DNA of 64,000 bases from Flammeovirgaceae bacterium (GCA_027487845.1 JAIYCV010000006.1:36940-100939); one strand, 5' to 3'; positions 1 through 10,137 are shown, numbered from the stretch's first letter. Numbers and translations: made by a program. Notes: a model not told the origin generated them from the sequence alone.

Positions 1-1082
1 ACAATCATAGAGCTACGCATGCTGTGCAGAAAAACCAACATCACCAGCGCCACTAAACCGATCGCCAACAACAAATCTACTTTTACTGCCGTAGCGGAAG
101 CAGTAGTAAATACCGAACCGTCTTGCGCAATGGCAAACGTTAGCTTCTTATCGGCATAGGTTTGCTCCAACTCTTTTAACTTATCCTGAATTTGCGCACT
201 CATCTCCACCGCGTTGGCATTGTTTTGTTTAAATAAAATAAGTCCGACAATGCTTTCACCATCTAACCGACTGATTGTTTCCTTTTTCTTGGCATAGCGC
301 ACAATTTCTGCAACATCCGCTAACCTAATATCACTTTTCTCCCCGCTAGCGATAAGTGTATTTCTCAATTCTTCAATGTTGGTTACTTTACCCGTAACAC
401 GAATACCTTGCTGATAGCCATTGGAGGTGACGTTGCCGGCAGGCACGTTGATTTCTGCTTGTTCTAATGATTCAACAATCTGAGATACAGAAATCCGATA
501 ATGCTTTATTTTTTCAGGACTAATCTGCACAATGTATTCCTTCTCTTCCAATCCTATAAAATCAATTTTTCCCATCCCCTTCAACCGGGCGAGTTGTGGT
601 TTGATTTGGTTCTTTAGCAATGCGGACAATTCATCGTTGCCCATGTCGGCCGAAGCGGCTGCCTTGATCACTGGAACTTCGTTGATATTGAATTTACTCA
701 CCACCGGCTTCTTTGCTTGCGCGGGAAGCTTGTCCACTACTTCGTTCACTTTGCGTTGTACCTCCTGAAATGACTGCTCAACTTCAGCTCCATAAATAAA
801 CTCGATGTTGATCAGTGAAAAATCAGGGTTGCTGCTGCTGGTGATTCGCTTTACCTTTTCTACACTGGCAACAGCTTCCTCTAGCGGTTTGGTAATGGAC
901 TGCTCAATTTCTGCCGGAGATGCCCCAGGGTACAATGTGCCAATGCTGACATAAGCGATGTTAAACTTTGGCAAAAGTTCGTAGTTCAATTTTTGGTAGG
1001 CGAATATTCCACCTAACCCTAAAATGATAAAGATGACCACTACAATAAGTGGGCGCTTAATTGATATTTCTACTATTGACAT
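1..1082 (-). CDS. RND efflux transporter permease subunit (AcrB/AcrD/AcrF family), N-terminal part; runs off the window edge
   Basis: Hand translation from ATG at 1082 gives MSIVEISIKRPLIVVVIFIILGLGGIFAYQKLNYELLPKF...YPGASPAEIEQSITKPLEEAV, a typical AcrB-family N-terminus. It lies directly downstream of the MFP gene and is open to position 1. Confidence 0.93.
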   Translation of the reverse strand, partial: MSIVEISIKRPLIVVVIFIILGLGGIFAYQKLNYELLPKFNIAYVSIGTLYPGASPAEIEQSITKPLEEAVASVEKVKRITSSSNPDFSLINIEFIYGAEVEQSFQEVQRKVNEVVDKLPAQAKKPVVSKFNINEVPVIKAAASADMGNDELSALLKNQIKPQLARLKGMGKIDFIGLEEKEYIVQISPEKIKHYRISVSQIVESLEQAEINVPAGNVTSNGYQQGIRVTGKVTNIEELRNTLIASGEKSDIRLADVAEIVRYAKKKETISRLDGESIVGLILFKQNNANAVEMSAQIQDKLKELEQTYADKKLTFAIAQDGSVFTTASATAVKVDLLLAIGLVALVMLVFLHSMRSSMI

Positions 1083-1090
1083 AAACGGGA

Positions 1091-2191
1091 TTATTTATTT
1101 GAATTGGTTGTGTTGGCAATTGTTAGAATCATTCCCTCCATCACATTCTCAACACCTCTAGCTACTATTGTCGTGTTTGCTGCAATACCTTGCGTTACTT
1201 CCACTTGATTTTCGCGAGAGTTACCCAGGGACACAGGTTGAAGACGTGCTTTGTTTCCTTCCAAAACAAAAACGGCAGGAGTTACACTATTCAGTACCAG
1301 CGCGCTTTTAGGAATCAATAACACATCGGTTGTACTCTCTTCTTGAAAGAAAGCGCGTAGGGTCATTCCCGCCTTGGCGTTCATGGTGTTGTTAAACTCA
1401 ACCTGCACTTGAAACTTTCCCGACTCATTGGCTTTTGGGCTCACAAAAACTACTTTCCCTAAAATCAAAACATCGTGCATGGCATCAAGCCGTATTCTTA
1501 CCTGATTGCCAATCTGAATGGAAGCAATCGCTTTTTCATCCAGCCATAGCAGCGCCTTTAACTTTTCAATATCAATGAGATTAACTACCGGTGTGCCAAC
1601 TTGAAGATAACCACCAACGTCCGCCAGTTTTTCAACAATCATGCCTGTGAAAGGCGCGTGAACTGAACTTTCTTTTATTTGTTGCTCAAGTGATTTTATA
1701 TTGTATCCCCACTGCATCATTTGCAAATGGGCATTCTCCACTTCTGCCGCAGAGGTATTATTGGCAGCCTGCAGCCTCACATATTTCTCATAATCATTTT
1801 TTGCTTTGTCATATTGTACATTGGCCGATTTCAATTCTATTTCTTTCAGCGTGGCGTCTACCTTACAAAGTAGAGCGCCCGCCTTCACCACATCACCTTG
1901 CTTGACATATAATTGAGAAATCTTGCCAGTGGCCTCGCTGGCTACCACCACTTCTTGAAAGGGCTGGGTGATACCCTGAACAGAAAACCCGCTCGATATT
2001 GTTTGAGGCAGTAGTTGAAGTGATTCTACCGTAGTAGGTATGGGTGCCTGTGCCTCCTGTGCCTCACGAAGCTTAGTGTTTTGACTATTCCTTAACTGCC
2101 AGGCTAAAACACCCGCTGCTAAACCGATAACAACAACTACAATAATGATTTTGACGGACTGTTTCATAGATTTTTCTCTTTTGTTGCTCAA
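1091..2191 (-). CDS. RND efflux periplasmic adaptor (membrane fusion protein); likely start at ATG 2167
   Basis: N-terminal TM anchor, lipoyl/biotinyl-like motif (ASEATGKISQLYVKQGDVVKAG), coiled-coil, and HAPFTGMI and LLIPKSAL motifs. Adjacent to the AcrB-family gene. Confidence 0.93.
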   Translation of the reverse strand: MSNKREKSMKQSVKIIIVVVVIGLAAGVLAWQLRNSQNTKLREAQEAQAPIPTTVESLQLLPQTISSGFSVQGITQPFQEVVVASEATGKISQLYVKQGDVVKAGALLCKVDATLKEIELKSANVQYDKAKNDYEKYVRLQAANNTSAAEVENAHLQMMQWGYNIKSLEQQIKESSVHAPFTGMIVEKLADVGGYLQVGTPVVNLIDIEKLKALLWLDEKAIASIQIGNQVRIRLDAMHDVLILGKVVFVSPKANESGKFQVQVEFNNTMNAKAGMTLRAFFQEESTTDVLLIPKSALVLNSVTPAVFVLEGNKARLQPVSLGNSRENQVEVTQGIAANTTIVARGVENVMEGMILTIANTTNSNK

Positions 2192-2213
2192 AAGTGAAAA
2201 GCTTTAGACAGCC

Positions 2214-2241
2214 GCGTAGGCGAAAAACAACCGAAGCGTAG
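2214..2241. promoter_or_regulatory. Possible LytTR-type direct repeat (GCGTAG x2, 22-bp period) upstream of the RND operon
   Basis: GCGTAG occurs at 2214-2219 and 2236-2241. The repeat is short, so support is weak. Confidence 0.25.
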
Positions 2242-2375
2242 AAATGGGGTACTGAAGTGACGTGAGCTACCTAGCTAGGCGCACCATTTATAATCTCGTG
2301 CAACAAAGAGGATCAAAAGGGGCAGTTTTAGCATTCAATTTGATTGCATATATTCAAGCTTTCAAATAAAGATAA

Positions 2376-3773
2376 ATGACAGAAACCACCTTCAAACCTC
2401 GCCTTGGACTTTGGGATGCCACTATGATTGTATCGGGCTCTATGATCGGCTCGGGCATTTTTATTGTGAGTGCCGATATGACGCGTACCCTGGGAAGCCC
2501 CGGCTGGCTTATATTGGCGTGGGTAGTAACCGCTTTGATGACCATCTCGGCTGCAGTAAGTTATGGCGAGTTGAGTGCTATGTTTCCCAAGGCGGGCGGG
2601 CAATACATTTATCTTAAAGAGGCGTTCAATCCATTGCTTGCCTTCTTATATGGTTGGAGTTTGTTTGCCGTCATTCAAACGGGCACAATTGCCGCAGTAG
2701 GTGTTGCCTTTTCAAAATTCACCGCTTATTTAGTGCCGGGAGTAAGCGAAGATATTGTTCTTTTTGATCTCGGATTTATGGTTATCTCTCCGGCACAACT
2801 GCTGTCGATCGTGATCATCTTACTTCTTACCTTTTTTAACACGCGCGGAGTTCAAGGAGGTAAAATGCTTCAAACAGTCTTTACTTTAATAAAACTGATT
2901 AGTCTTTTTGGATTAATTGCCTTCGGTTTTTTGATGATGGACTCGAATGTATTTTCTGCCAATTGGAGTGATGCATGGAACTTGCATAAAATCAATGGAG
3001 ACGGCTCTTTCGAGAAATATGGAGTAATTGCCGCAATGGGCGCATTTGCCACCGCCATGGTGGGCTCCATCTTTAGCAGCGATGCGTGGAATAACGTCAC
3101 TTTTATTGCAGGCGAGATCAAAGACCCGAAGCGCAATATTGGCTTAAGCCTTTTCTTAGGAACACTCATAGTCGGGGTAATCTATGTCTCTGCTAATATT
3201 ATGTATACGGCAGTCTTGCCGATGAATGAAATTGCTTTTGCTGCGAAAGATAGAGTGGCGGTAACTACAGCGAACGTAATCTTCGGTTCTATTGGCACGG
3301 TGCTGATTGCGGTTATGATTATGATCTCCACTTTCAGTTGCATAAATGGGCTGGTGCTGGCAGGCGCTCGTGTGTATTACGCCATGGCGAAAGATGGTCT
3401 TTTCTTTAAGAAAGCGGGAGAACTGAACGCCTATTCTGTACCTCAATTAGCGTTGTGGGTGCAAGGAATACTGGCGAGTATTTGGTGCTTAAGCGGAAAG
3501 TATGGCGACCTGCTGGATATGGTATCTTTTGTTGTGATTCTGTTTTGTATCCTTACCATTTTTGGAATTTTCGTATTGCGCAAGAAAAGACCCGAAGCCG
3601 ATCGGCCTTACAAAGCGTTTGGCTATCCGTGGTTGGCAGGTTTATATTTATTTACCGGATCCGCTTTTTGCAGCTTTTTGATTATCAATAAACCCATTTA
3701 CGCGGGCGGTGGCTTGATCATTACACTGGTCGGAATACCCCTGTATTATTGGGCAGTCGGAAACAAAAAATAA
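2376..3773 (+). CDS. APC-family amino acid permease
   Basis: LGLWDATMIVSGSMIGSGIF TM1 motif, GEIKDPKRNI, about 12 TM helices and a C-terminal RPYKAFGYP. Confidence 0.92.
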   Translation: MTETTFKPRLGLWDATMIVSGSMIGSGIFIVSADMTRTLGSPGWLILAWVVTALMTISAAVSYGELSAMFPKAGGQYIYLKEAFNPLLAFLYGWSLFAVIQTGTIAAVGVAFSKFTAYLVPGVSEDIVLFDLGFMVISPAQLLSIVIILLLTFFNTRGVQGGKMLQTVFTLIKLISLFGLIAFGFLMMDSNVFSANWSDAWNLHKINGDGSFEKYGVIAAMGAFATAMVGSIFSSDAWNNVTFIAGEIKDPKRNIGLSLFLGTLIVGVIYVSANIMYTAVLPMNEIAFAAKDRVAVTTANVIFGSIGTVLIAVMIMISTFSCINGLVLAGARVYYAMAKDGLFFKKAGELNAYSVPQLALWVQGILASIWCLSGKYGDLLDMVSFVVILFCILTIFGIFVLRKKRPEADRPYKAFGYPWLAGLYLFTGSAFCSFLIINKPIYAGGGLIITLVGIPLYYWAVGNKK

Positions 3774-3792
3774 CTAACCGATCTTACTCAGC

Positions 3793-4149
3793 CTAGGCGA
3801 TTCGCTTTTGCTCCTTTACTTCGATGCCTAATTTTCCGTCATAATTCACTACCCGAAACTCAAGGTTGGGTGCTTCGAGAAGCAAACTTTTCCCCGCTTC
3901 GTAGATAACACAGCCATCAATGGATGCGCTATTGTGCGTTATGTTAGCACTTTCGGCTGTACGAATATTTACCCTATTGCCTTTTAAAAAAAAGATGCCC
4001 GCATAACCGCTGACATATTCGGGAAAGATAAAATCATTACGATCGCTTGATCCAAATGTATTGGGGCCTTCCTTAAGCCAGAAAATAGTGTGGTCTGGGT
4101 GATTTATTTTTGTGGCGATTTTGTCTTTTTCTTCCATGATTGTAAACAA
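3793..4149 (-). CDS. Hypothetical protein resembling the N-terminal region of long DUF1684-family proteins
   Basis: FWLKEGPNTFGSSDRNDFIFP resembles the LFWLKEGENxFGS...NDxxFP segment I recall from Bacteroidota DUF1684 proteins. The DUF1684 core is absent. Confidence 0.5.
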   Translation of the reverse strand: MFTIMEEKDKIATKINHPDHTIFWLKEGPNTFGSSDRNDFIFPEYVSGYAGIFFLKGNRVNIRTAESANITHNSASIDGCVIYEAGKSLLLEAPNLEFRVVNYDGKLGIEVKEQKRIA

Positions 4150-4157
4150 CGAAATTT

Positions 4158-5633
4158 TTAGCTTGAAGATTTCGCAGAATTTAATTTACTGTGTTTTTTC
4201 CCAAATCTAAAGTAAATAATTAAGCCAATTCCTAACCAAACTAATAAACGAATCCAGGTATCTAGCGGCAATGACACCATCATGAGTAAACACGTGGCGA
4301 TCCCCATCAAGGGTACGAAAGGTACCCAAGGTGTTTTGAATGCGCGTGGCGCGTCTGGTTGTTGTTTTCGCAAGATGATGACACCAAGACAGACCATTAC
4401 AAACGCCAATAGCGTTCCAATGCTGGTCATTTCACCTACTACACGAATTGGGACAAGCCCGGCAAACAAACTGATAAAAACACACAAAATAATGTTGCCT
4501 TTGTAAGGCGTTTTGAACTTTGAATGAACTTCCGAAAACAGGCGCGGCAACAAGCCATCCTTGCTCATGGCAAAAAACACCCTCGACTGCCCTAGTAAAT
4601 CAACTAAAATTACGGATACGTATCCAATTATAATTGCTAAGATAATCGCCTGACCAAGCCAAGTGTAGGGTGTTTTGGCGATGGCAACTGCAACTGGTGC
4701 TGCGCTGTCTTTAAATTCGGTGTAATTGGCCATACCTGTCAGCACGTAGCTAAAAAGACCGAAAAGAAAGGTACAAATAATGAGTGACCCGAGAATGCCG
4801 ATGGGCATATTCCGTTTGGGGTTCTTTGTTTCTTGCGCCATGGCAGCAATGATGTCAAACCCAATAAAGACAAAGAACACTACGCCCGCACCGCGAAAGA
4901 TACCGCTCCAGCCATATTCACCAAACGTGCCTGTATTCTCAGGAATGTAGGGCACATAGTTATCAGGATTAATATAGCTCCAGCCAATGCCAATAAACAC
5001 CAGTACAACAGAAATTTTAATGGCAACAATGATACTGGTAAAAACAGCCGATCCCTTAATGCCTCTGATAATAACGAGTGTGATGAACACGATAATTAGC
5101 ACCGCGGGTAAGTTAAAAATACCGTTTACCAAAGTGCCATCATGCAGGGTTATTTTTTCGAACGGTGAAGCAACAAGTTGAGGAGGAAGATAGATACCAT
5201 AGTTAGCCAGAAAGCGTACTAAGTACTGCGACCAACTAATAGCTACCGTGGCAGCGCCTACGGAGTATTCCAGAACCAAATCCCAACCGATAATCCACGC
5301 AAAAAATTCGCCAAGCGTAGCATACGAATAAGTGTAGGCACTTCCGGCTACTGGAACGAGCGAGGCAAATTCAGCATAACACAACGCACTGAAGGCGCAT
5401 CCTACAGCAGCCACAAGAAACGATAAGGTTACCGCAGGCCCCGCGTTGTTGGCAGCGGCAATTCCCGTTAGCGAAAAAAGGCCAGCACCAATAATAACAC
5501 CGATGCCCATGGTAATAAGACTAAAACCATTAAGGCTGCGTTTTAGTGTATGCCCTCCTGTTTCTTCTGCTTCTATTTTTAAAAGAGCTAATGATTTTTT
5601 TAGCATAGATTGCCGGGTAAAAAAGTCCTGCAA
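4158..5633 (-). CDS. APC-family (cationic amino acid transporter-like) permease
   Basis: LKRSL...GIGVIIGAGLF, AGPAVTLSF, ALCYAEFASLVPVAGSAYTYSY, FIGFD and ETKNPKRNMPIGI motifs. Confidence 0.93.
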   Translation of the reverse strand: MQDFFTRQSMLKKSLALLKIEAEETGGHTLKRSLNGFSLITMGIGVIIGAGLFSLTGIAAANNAGPAVTLSFLVAAVGCAFSALCYAEFASLVPVAGSAYTYSYATLGEFFAWIIGWDLVLEYSVGAATVAISWSQYLVRFLANYGIYLPPQLVASPFEKITLHDGTLVNGIFNLPAVLIIVFITLVIIRGIKGSAVFTSIIVAIKISVVLVFIGIGWSYINPDNYVPYIPENTGTFGEYGWSGIFRGAGVVFFVFIGFDIIAAMAQETKNPKRNMPIGILGSLIICTFLFGLFSYVLTGMANYTEFKDSAAPVAVAIAKTPYTWLGQAIILAIIIGYVSVILVDLLGQSRVFFAMSKDGLLPRLFSEVHSKFKTPYKGNIILCVFISLFAGLVPIRVVGEMTSIGTLLAFVMVCLGVIILRKQQPDAPRAFKTPWVPFVPLMGIATCLLMMVSLPLDTWIRLLVWLGIGLIIYFRFGKKHSKLNSAKSSS

Positions 5634-5731
5634 AGAAAAGGTAATTTCCCATTAATCTATTCACACAATAGACTATTTAAACTATTATTTATCTTTCATA
5701 AAAAGCACTATATTTCTTTCTTAAGAAACAC

Positions 5732-6508
5732 TTGAAATATATGGATTACAAAAATGCGTTTGATCTGAGTAATAAAGTAGCCTTGATAACAGGGGCAAGC
5801 AAAGGAATAGGCGAGGCCATTGCTCGTTTTTATGCTGCTTTTGGGGCCACGGTAATTATCAATTCGCGGAAGCAAGATGAACTTAATGTAGTGGCTGAAA
5901 GTATAAAAAGCGCGGGCGGCAACTGCGTGGGCATGGCCGCTAATGCAGGAGACCTTGATGCGTGCAAACAACTGGTGGATAAGATAGTTCAGGTCTATGG
6001 AGGCATTGACATTCTCGTAAATAATGCCGCTTCTAATCCGGTGTTTGGCCCCATTACAAACTCCGAGGAGTGGGCATTTGATAAGATCATGAGTGTAAAT
6101 GTAAAAGCGCCTTTTGCGCTTTCAAACCTAGTGTATCCAAGCATGAAAGAGCGAGGGCGAGGTTCAATTATAAACGTTAGTTCCATTGCTGGGCTTACGC
6201 CCGATCACGGCTTGGGGTTGTATTCCGTTTCTAAAGCTGCATTGAATATGCTTACAAAAGTGCAAGCGAAAGAATGGGGAAAAGAGGGCATCCGTGTAAA
6301 TGCTATTTGCCCCGGACTAATAAAGACTAAATTTTCTGAAGCACTTTGGAGCAATGAGGAGTTGTTAAAGCGGTTGGTGAAGCAACTGCCTATTGCCAGA
6401 ATGGGCACCGTAGAAGAAATAGCTGGGCTAGCGTTGTATTTGGCTTCCGATGTTTCGGGCTATTGCACGGGAGCGGTCTTTACAGCTGATGGTGGAACAA
6501 CTCTGTAA
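5732..6508 (+). CDS. SDR family oxidoreductase (DHRS4-like)
   Basis: TGASKGIG nucleotide-binding motif, NNAA, catalytic YSVSK and GIRVNAICPG. Confidence 0.93.
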   Translation: MKYMDYKNAFDLSNKVALITGASKGIGEAIARFYAAFGATVIINSRKQDELNVVAESIKSAGGNCVGMAANAGDLDACKQLVDKIVQVYGGIDILVNNAASNPVFGPITNSEEWAFDKIMSVNVKAPFALSNLVYPSMKERGRGSIINVSSIAGLTPDHGLGLYSVSKAALNMLTKVQAKEWGKEGIRVNAICPGLIKTKFSEALWSNEELLKRLVKQLPIARMGTVEEIAGLALYLASDVSGYCTGAVFTADGGTTL

Positions 6509-6598
6509 TTATCGGGGAGCAAAGTAAATCGTTAAGTCACGGTAATTCTTGTAATTTTAAACGATGCTACGACCAACATCCCGATATACTGACGGGGA

Positions 6599-6685
6599 GT
6601 TCTAAAAATTCAATTATTTCCTTTTACCACCTCATTCCTGTTTCCCCGGAGGGGAAATGATAAGCGGAAATTGAATTTTTAGAAC
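6599..6685. repeat. Nested inverted repeat: 17-bp perfect outer arms enclosing an inner hairpin (MITE/REP-like)
   Basis: GTTCTAAAAATTCAATT (6599-6615) is the reverse complement of AATTGAATTTTTAGAAC (6669-6685). The inner hairpin is TTTCCCC-GGA-GGGGAAA (6641-6657). Confidence 0.7.
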
Positions 6686-6742
6686 CCCTCTGAACTTGCG
6701 GACTCGTTCGTGATTTTTTAATATTTTGAATTATTATTTCTT

Positions 6743-7801
6743 ATGTTGTTTCGGTTTTTCCTTGTTCTCTTGCTGCTCACTTGTTATAATTTTTTGTTAG
6801 CGCAGCCGCGGTCCTTTCAAAGGGAGCCACTGATCGAAAAAATAACACTTTATTATGACGGTGCTGCTGAACTTACCTCTCCCGATAAAGCCAGCGTAAA
6901 GCGCATTGTTGAAATGAATCTAGACGCAATGGTCTTCCACGGAGTATATCAGGATTTTGATCTCAACGACAACTTAATTACGGAAGGTTATTTTCATGAA
7001 GGACATAAGCAGGGATTGAGAAACGAATATTTTAAGGATCGATCCTTAAAATCAACCATTGATTTTTCTGGAGATGATTTCGTTATCTGGCAACTAAAAA
7101 GTGAATTAAAACAAGATTTAGTAGTAAACGGGACTGGCAAGTTCACGCTTCCTTTCTTTTATGGCACGGGAACTACGTTGCAACCACGATGGAAGCAAGG
7201 AAAAGTGGAGGGAGAATTTCAATTTGGTAAGCGGATTGGCAAATGGCATTATTATGACTTAGGCAATGCCAAGTTGGACGAGGAAGAGTATGACAAAGGA
7301 AAATTCACAAACAGATGGCACTATGAAAATGGAGATTCTGTCCAGTTGAATTACCCTAAAACGATTTATTTTTCGCTTAGCAGTCTCATTGAAGAAGTTT
7401 TCAAATTCGATTCACAAACCTACTTTAACCTAACTAAGTGTTTTTCAGAGCGTGTAAGTTATCCATCAACGTTTAACCGGGCTGCTACTTTTGCTGGCGG
7501 TTTAAAACGACTGCTCCTTTTAATAGCCCAGCGCGTGCCAGTTCCTGAAAATTCACAATTGGTGATTCGCATTTCAATTAACGAGAATGGGATTGTTACG
7601 AGCACTTCCGTTGAGCAAGGGGTATCTAGGCAAATGGCTGCTGCTGTGGAAGTAATAAAAAGTGTTGAACTCAAGTTTTTCCCTGCCATTAGAAAAGGTA
7701 AGCCCTATTCCTCTGAGCTCTACTTGCCAATCTACGGGGGGGTAGAAGGAATAAAACTTATTGAAGCGTTGCCTTATGACTTTATTCAGCCTGACAACTA
7801 A
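6743..7801 (+). CDS. Exported protein with MORN-variant-like repeats and a C-terminal TonB_C-like domain
   Basis: Signal peptide; EGYFHEGHKQG and GEFQFGKRIGKWHYY repeats; C-terminal ATFAGG...ISINENGIV...FFPAIRKGKP...LYLPI resembles TonB_C. Confidence 0.65.
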   Translation: MLFRFFLVLLLLTCYNFLLAQPRSFQREPLIEKITLYYDGAAELTSPDKASVKRIVEMNLDAMVFHGVYQDFDLNDNLITEGYFHEGHKQGLRNEYFKDRSLKSTIDFSGDDFVIWQLKSELKQDLVVNGTGKFTLPFFYGTGTTLQPRWKQGKVEGEFQFGKRIGKWHYYDLGNAKLDEEEYDKGKFTNRWHYENGDSVQLNYPKTIYFSLSSLIEEVFKFDSQTYFNLTKCFSERVSYPSTFNRAATFAGGLKRLLLLIAQRVPVPENSQLVIRISINENGIVTSTSVEQGVSRQMAAAVEVIKSVELKFFPAIRKGKPYSSELYLPIYGGVEGIKLIEALPYDFIQPDN

Positions 7802-8448
7802 CTAAATTTCACCAGGCCTTGGCGAATTGCTTCTATGGCCATGCCCGTTCTGCTTTGCACCCTAAACTTGGTGAAAAGAATTTGCCGATATCCATCGGTG
7901 GTACGTTCAGAAATTCCCATTCGTATTGCGATTTCTTTGTAAGGCATATCGCTACAGGCGAATTGTAAGAATTCCATTTCTTTTTCGGTAAGAGTTATCG
8001 TGTTACCTTTTACAACAAGGGGGGTGATAAGTTTTTTAAAACTGAGCCGCTCGGCTTCCGAGTTGTAATAGCCCGTTTCATAAACCTGACGCAAGGCTAT
8101 TTCAAGTTCATCGGGGTTGGTGTCTTTAAATAGATAGCAACAGCAACCTGCCCGCAGCATGTTAATGATTGTTCGCTCTTCATTACTTACCGAGAGAGCG
8201 ACTAATTTTATGGTGGGATGATTTTTTGAGAGCCATTTGGTAGTTTGAATCCCATCCATTACGGGCATGGCAACATCAACCAACAAAATATCGGGCAATG
8301 CCTCACCAGAACTAATTTTTTCTTGCAAGTCCACACCATTGCTGGCTTCAAGTGTAACCTTAAAATCTGCAAAACTGTTTAAAAGTAGACTTAGCGACTT
8401 GCTAAATAGTTTATGGTCATCCACAATACCAATGGAAATGATCTGCAT
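7798..8448 (-). CDS. NarL/LuxR-family response regulator
   Basis: Receiver domain (IVDDH, DILLVDVAMPVMDG) plus LuxR HTH (LTEKEMEFLQ...YKEIA..MGISERT). Confidence 0.95.
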   Translation of the reverse strand: MQIISIGIVDDHKLFSKSLSLLLNSFADFKVTLEASNGVDLQEKISSGEALPDILLVDVAMPVMDGIQTTKWLSKNHPTIKLVALSVSNEERTIINMLRAGCCCYLFKDTNPDELEIALRQVYETGYYNSEAERLSFKKLITPLVVKGNTITLTEKEMEFLQFACSDMPYKEIAIRMGISERTTDGYRQILFTKFRVQSRTGMAIEAIRQGLVKFS

Positions 8449-8542
8449 ACCAGAGCTGAATTTTTATTTTAGATCACACAAGATACTAGAAACTCACGTC
8501 CAGAAAAATTTTTTCACGCTAGTCTGTTAACTAATTAGTAGT

Positions 8543-9319
8543 TCAAACAGGAATTTTTATATACACGGTAGTTCCACCTTGTTGGGAACGCCACTCTACC
8601 ACACCCGATAATATGGACACTCGGTGCTTAATATTGGTAATGCCAATTCCATGCTTTGATGAAAGTTCGGGGTCGAACCCAATTCCATTGTCATTTATAA
8701 AGATCGCCAACGATGTTTGCAAATCGTCAATGACAATATCAAAATGAGTGGCTACTGCGTGCTTAATGGCATTTTGAAGGCACTCCTGTATAATGCGAAA
8801 TAGGATTAGTTGTTTATCAACAGAAAGGTATAATTCTTCCGGATGCTTCAAAGAAGCCACAAACTCTTTGGAGGCATTTATTCGGTTTATTTCATTTTGA
8901 AGGTTTTCGATCAAGCTAAACTGAGCGAGCCATTCTTTGTTAAAAGATTTGCTCAAGGCCCTTAATTCGTTTATAGCAATGCCAAGCGTATGGTCGGCTT
9001 CTTCCAATGTTTCTTTAGAATTTGGGAGTGTTCTTTTGCTTAGCCCAACTAGAAATTTGGAACTGCTTAAAAGCTGGCCGATGTTATCGTGCAACTCTTT
9101 GCTGATGTGATCCATTGTTTTCTCTTGCTCCTCTATTCTGGCTTTTAATATTTCTGCTTGAAATCTACTTTCCATTTCCTGTTTTTCCAGCCGCATCTTT
9201 AATTGCCGCTTTGCGTAGACTTGGAACAAAACGACCACCCCAATGGCCATCAACAAAAAGAAGGCTGAAGCTGCCACCACAATAAATACCTCTTCTAGTG
9301 ATTGTTCCATCATAAGCAA
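8543..9319 (-). CDS. Sensor histidine kinase (HisKA_3), single N-terminal TM, no evident sensor domain
   Basis: ISKELHDNIGQLLS H-box, ECLQNAIKHA N-box, DNGIGFD and GIGITNI G-boxes. One hydrophobic segment at about aa 11-35. Confidence 0.93.
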   Translation of the reverse strand: MLMMEQSLEEVFIVVAASAFFLLMAIGVVVLFQVYAKRQLKMRLEKQEMESRFQAEILKARIEEQEKTMDHISKELHDNIGQLLSSSKFLVGLSKRTLPNSKETLEEADHTLGIAINELRALSKSFNKEWLAQFSLIENLQNEINRINASKEFVASLKHPEELYLSVDKQLILFRIIQECLQNAIKHAVATHFDIVIDDLQTSLAIFINDNGIGFDPELSSKHGIGITNIKHRVSILSGVVEWRSQQGGTTVYIKIPV

Positions 9320-9389
9320 AAAATTGCACCAAGGTAATGACCAAACTGGGAAAAGACCAACCTCACCGAGACCTCTTGGCTTTCTATGG

Positions 9390-10085
9390 TTAAAATATTC
9401 TCGGGTGTTTTTTACGCCAGGTGATCCAAAGTATAGCGGAACAAATCATAAGCGAACTAATTAAGAGCAGAATATTGTGGCCATTCCACAAATTCATAAG
9501 AAGGTAGCGGTTAGAATCTGTGTAGTGGTCGGCTTCTTGAATTTTTTTTGTAAGATATCCATACGTTAAGAAGACAATGAAGGAACCACTATGGTAAAGC
9601 AGTTGGGCGGCTACAAACCAAAAATCAAAATTATGTGATAGTGGTTCATCTGTAACATTTTTTAGTGTTTGATACATGAAAAAAAATACCATTACCACAA
9701 TACAAAAAGAAGTAAGTACATACCCCAAGCTATCAAAAGCATTGGGGTTGTAATCAAGAAAGTAATAACCTATGTAGTAACAGACATTCAGGGCTACAAA
9801 AAATACTACCGTTAACCGATGCCATTTACCTTTCAGCCTGGTGTAAAAATAGAAACTCATTACAAGCGAAGTTAGGAGGCTCATTAATCGGTAATCGTCA
9901 ATATTGTTTTCTCCTCGATGTAGCAAATTCGCCTTTATCATGAGCAGACAGCCCAAAAAATAGTACCCTATTAATATTTTTACGCGGACACTTTTTTCTG
10001 ACCGAGCATGGTAAATCAAGAAAAGGACGAGCAAAAGAAAACTGGATGGCTCAATATTGAAAAAGACATATTTAATGAAATTCAT
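9390..10085 (-). CDS. Uncharacterised seven-TM membrane protein
   Basis: 231 aa with seven hydrophobic segments by inspection, co-oriented with the kinase and regulator. Confidence 0.75.
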   Translation of the reverse strand: MNFIKYVFFNIEPSSFLLLVLFLIYHARSEKSVRVKILIGYYFLGCLLMIKANLLHRGENNIDDYRLMSLLTSLVMSFYFYTRLKGKWHRLTVVFFVALNVCYYIGYYFLDYNPNAFDSLGYVLTSFCIVVMVFFFMYQTLKNVTDEPLSHNFDFWFVAAQLLYHSGSFIVFLTYGYLTKKIQEADHYTDSNRYLLMNLWNGHNILLLISSLMICSAILWITWRKKHPRIF

Positions 10086-10137
10086 TAGGAGTTTTTTAGT
10101 ATGAGTTAATTCATCATTGAGCCGTTCAAAACCCTCT

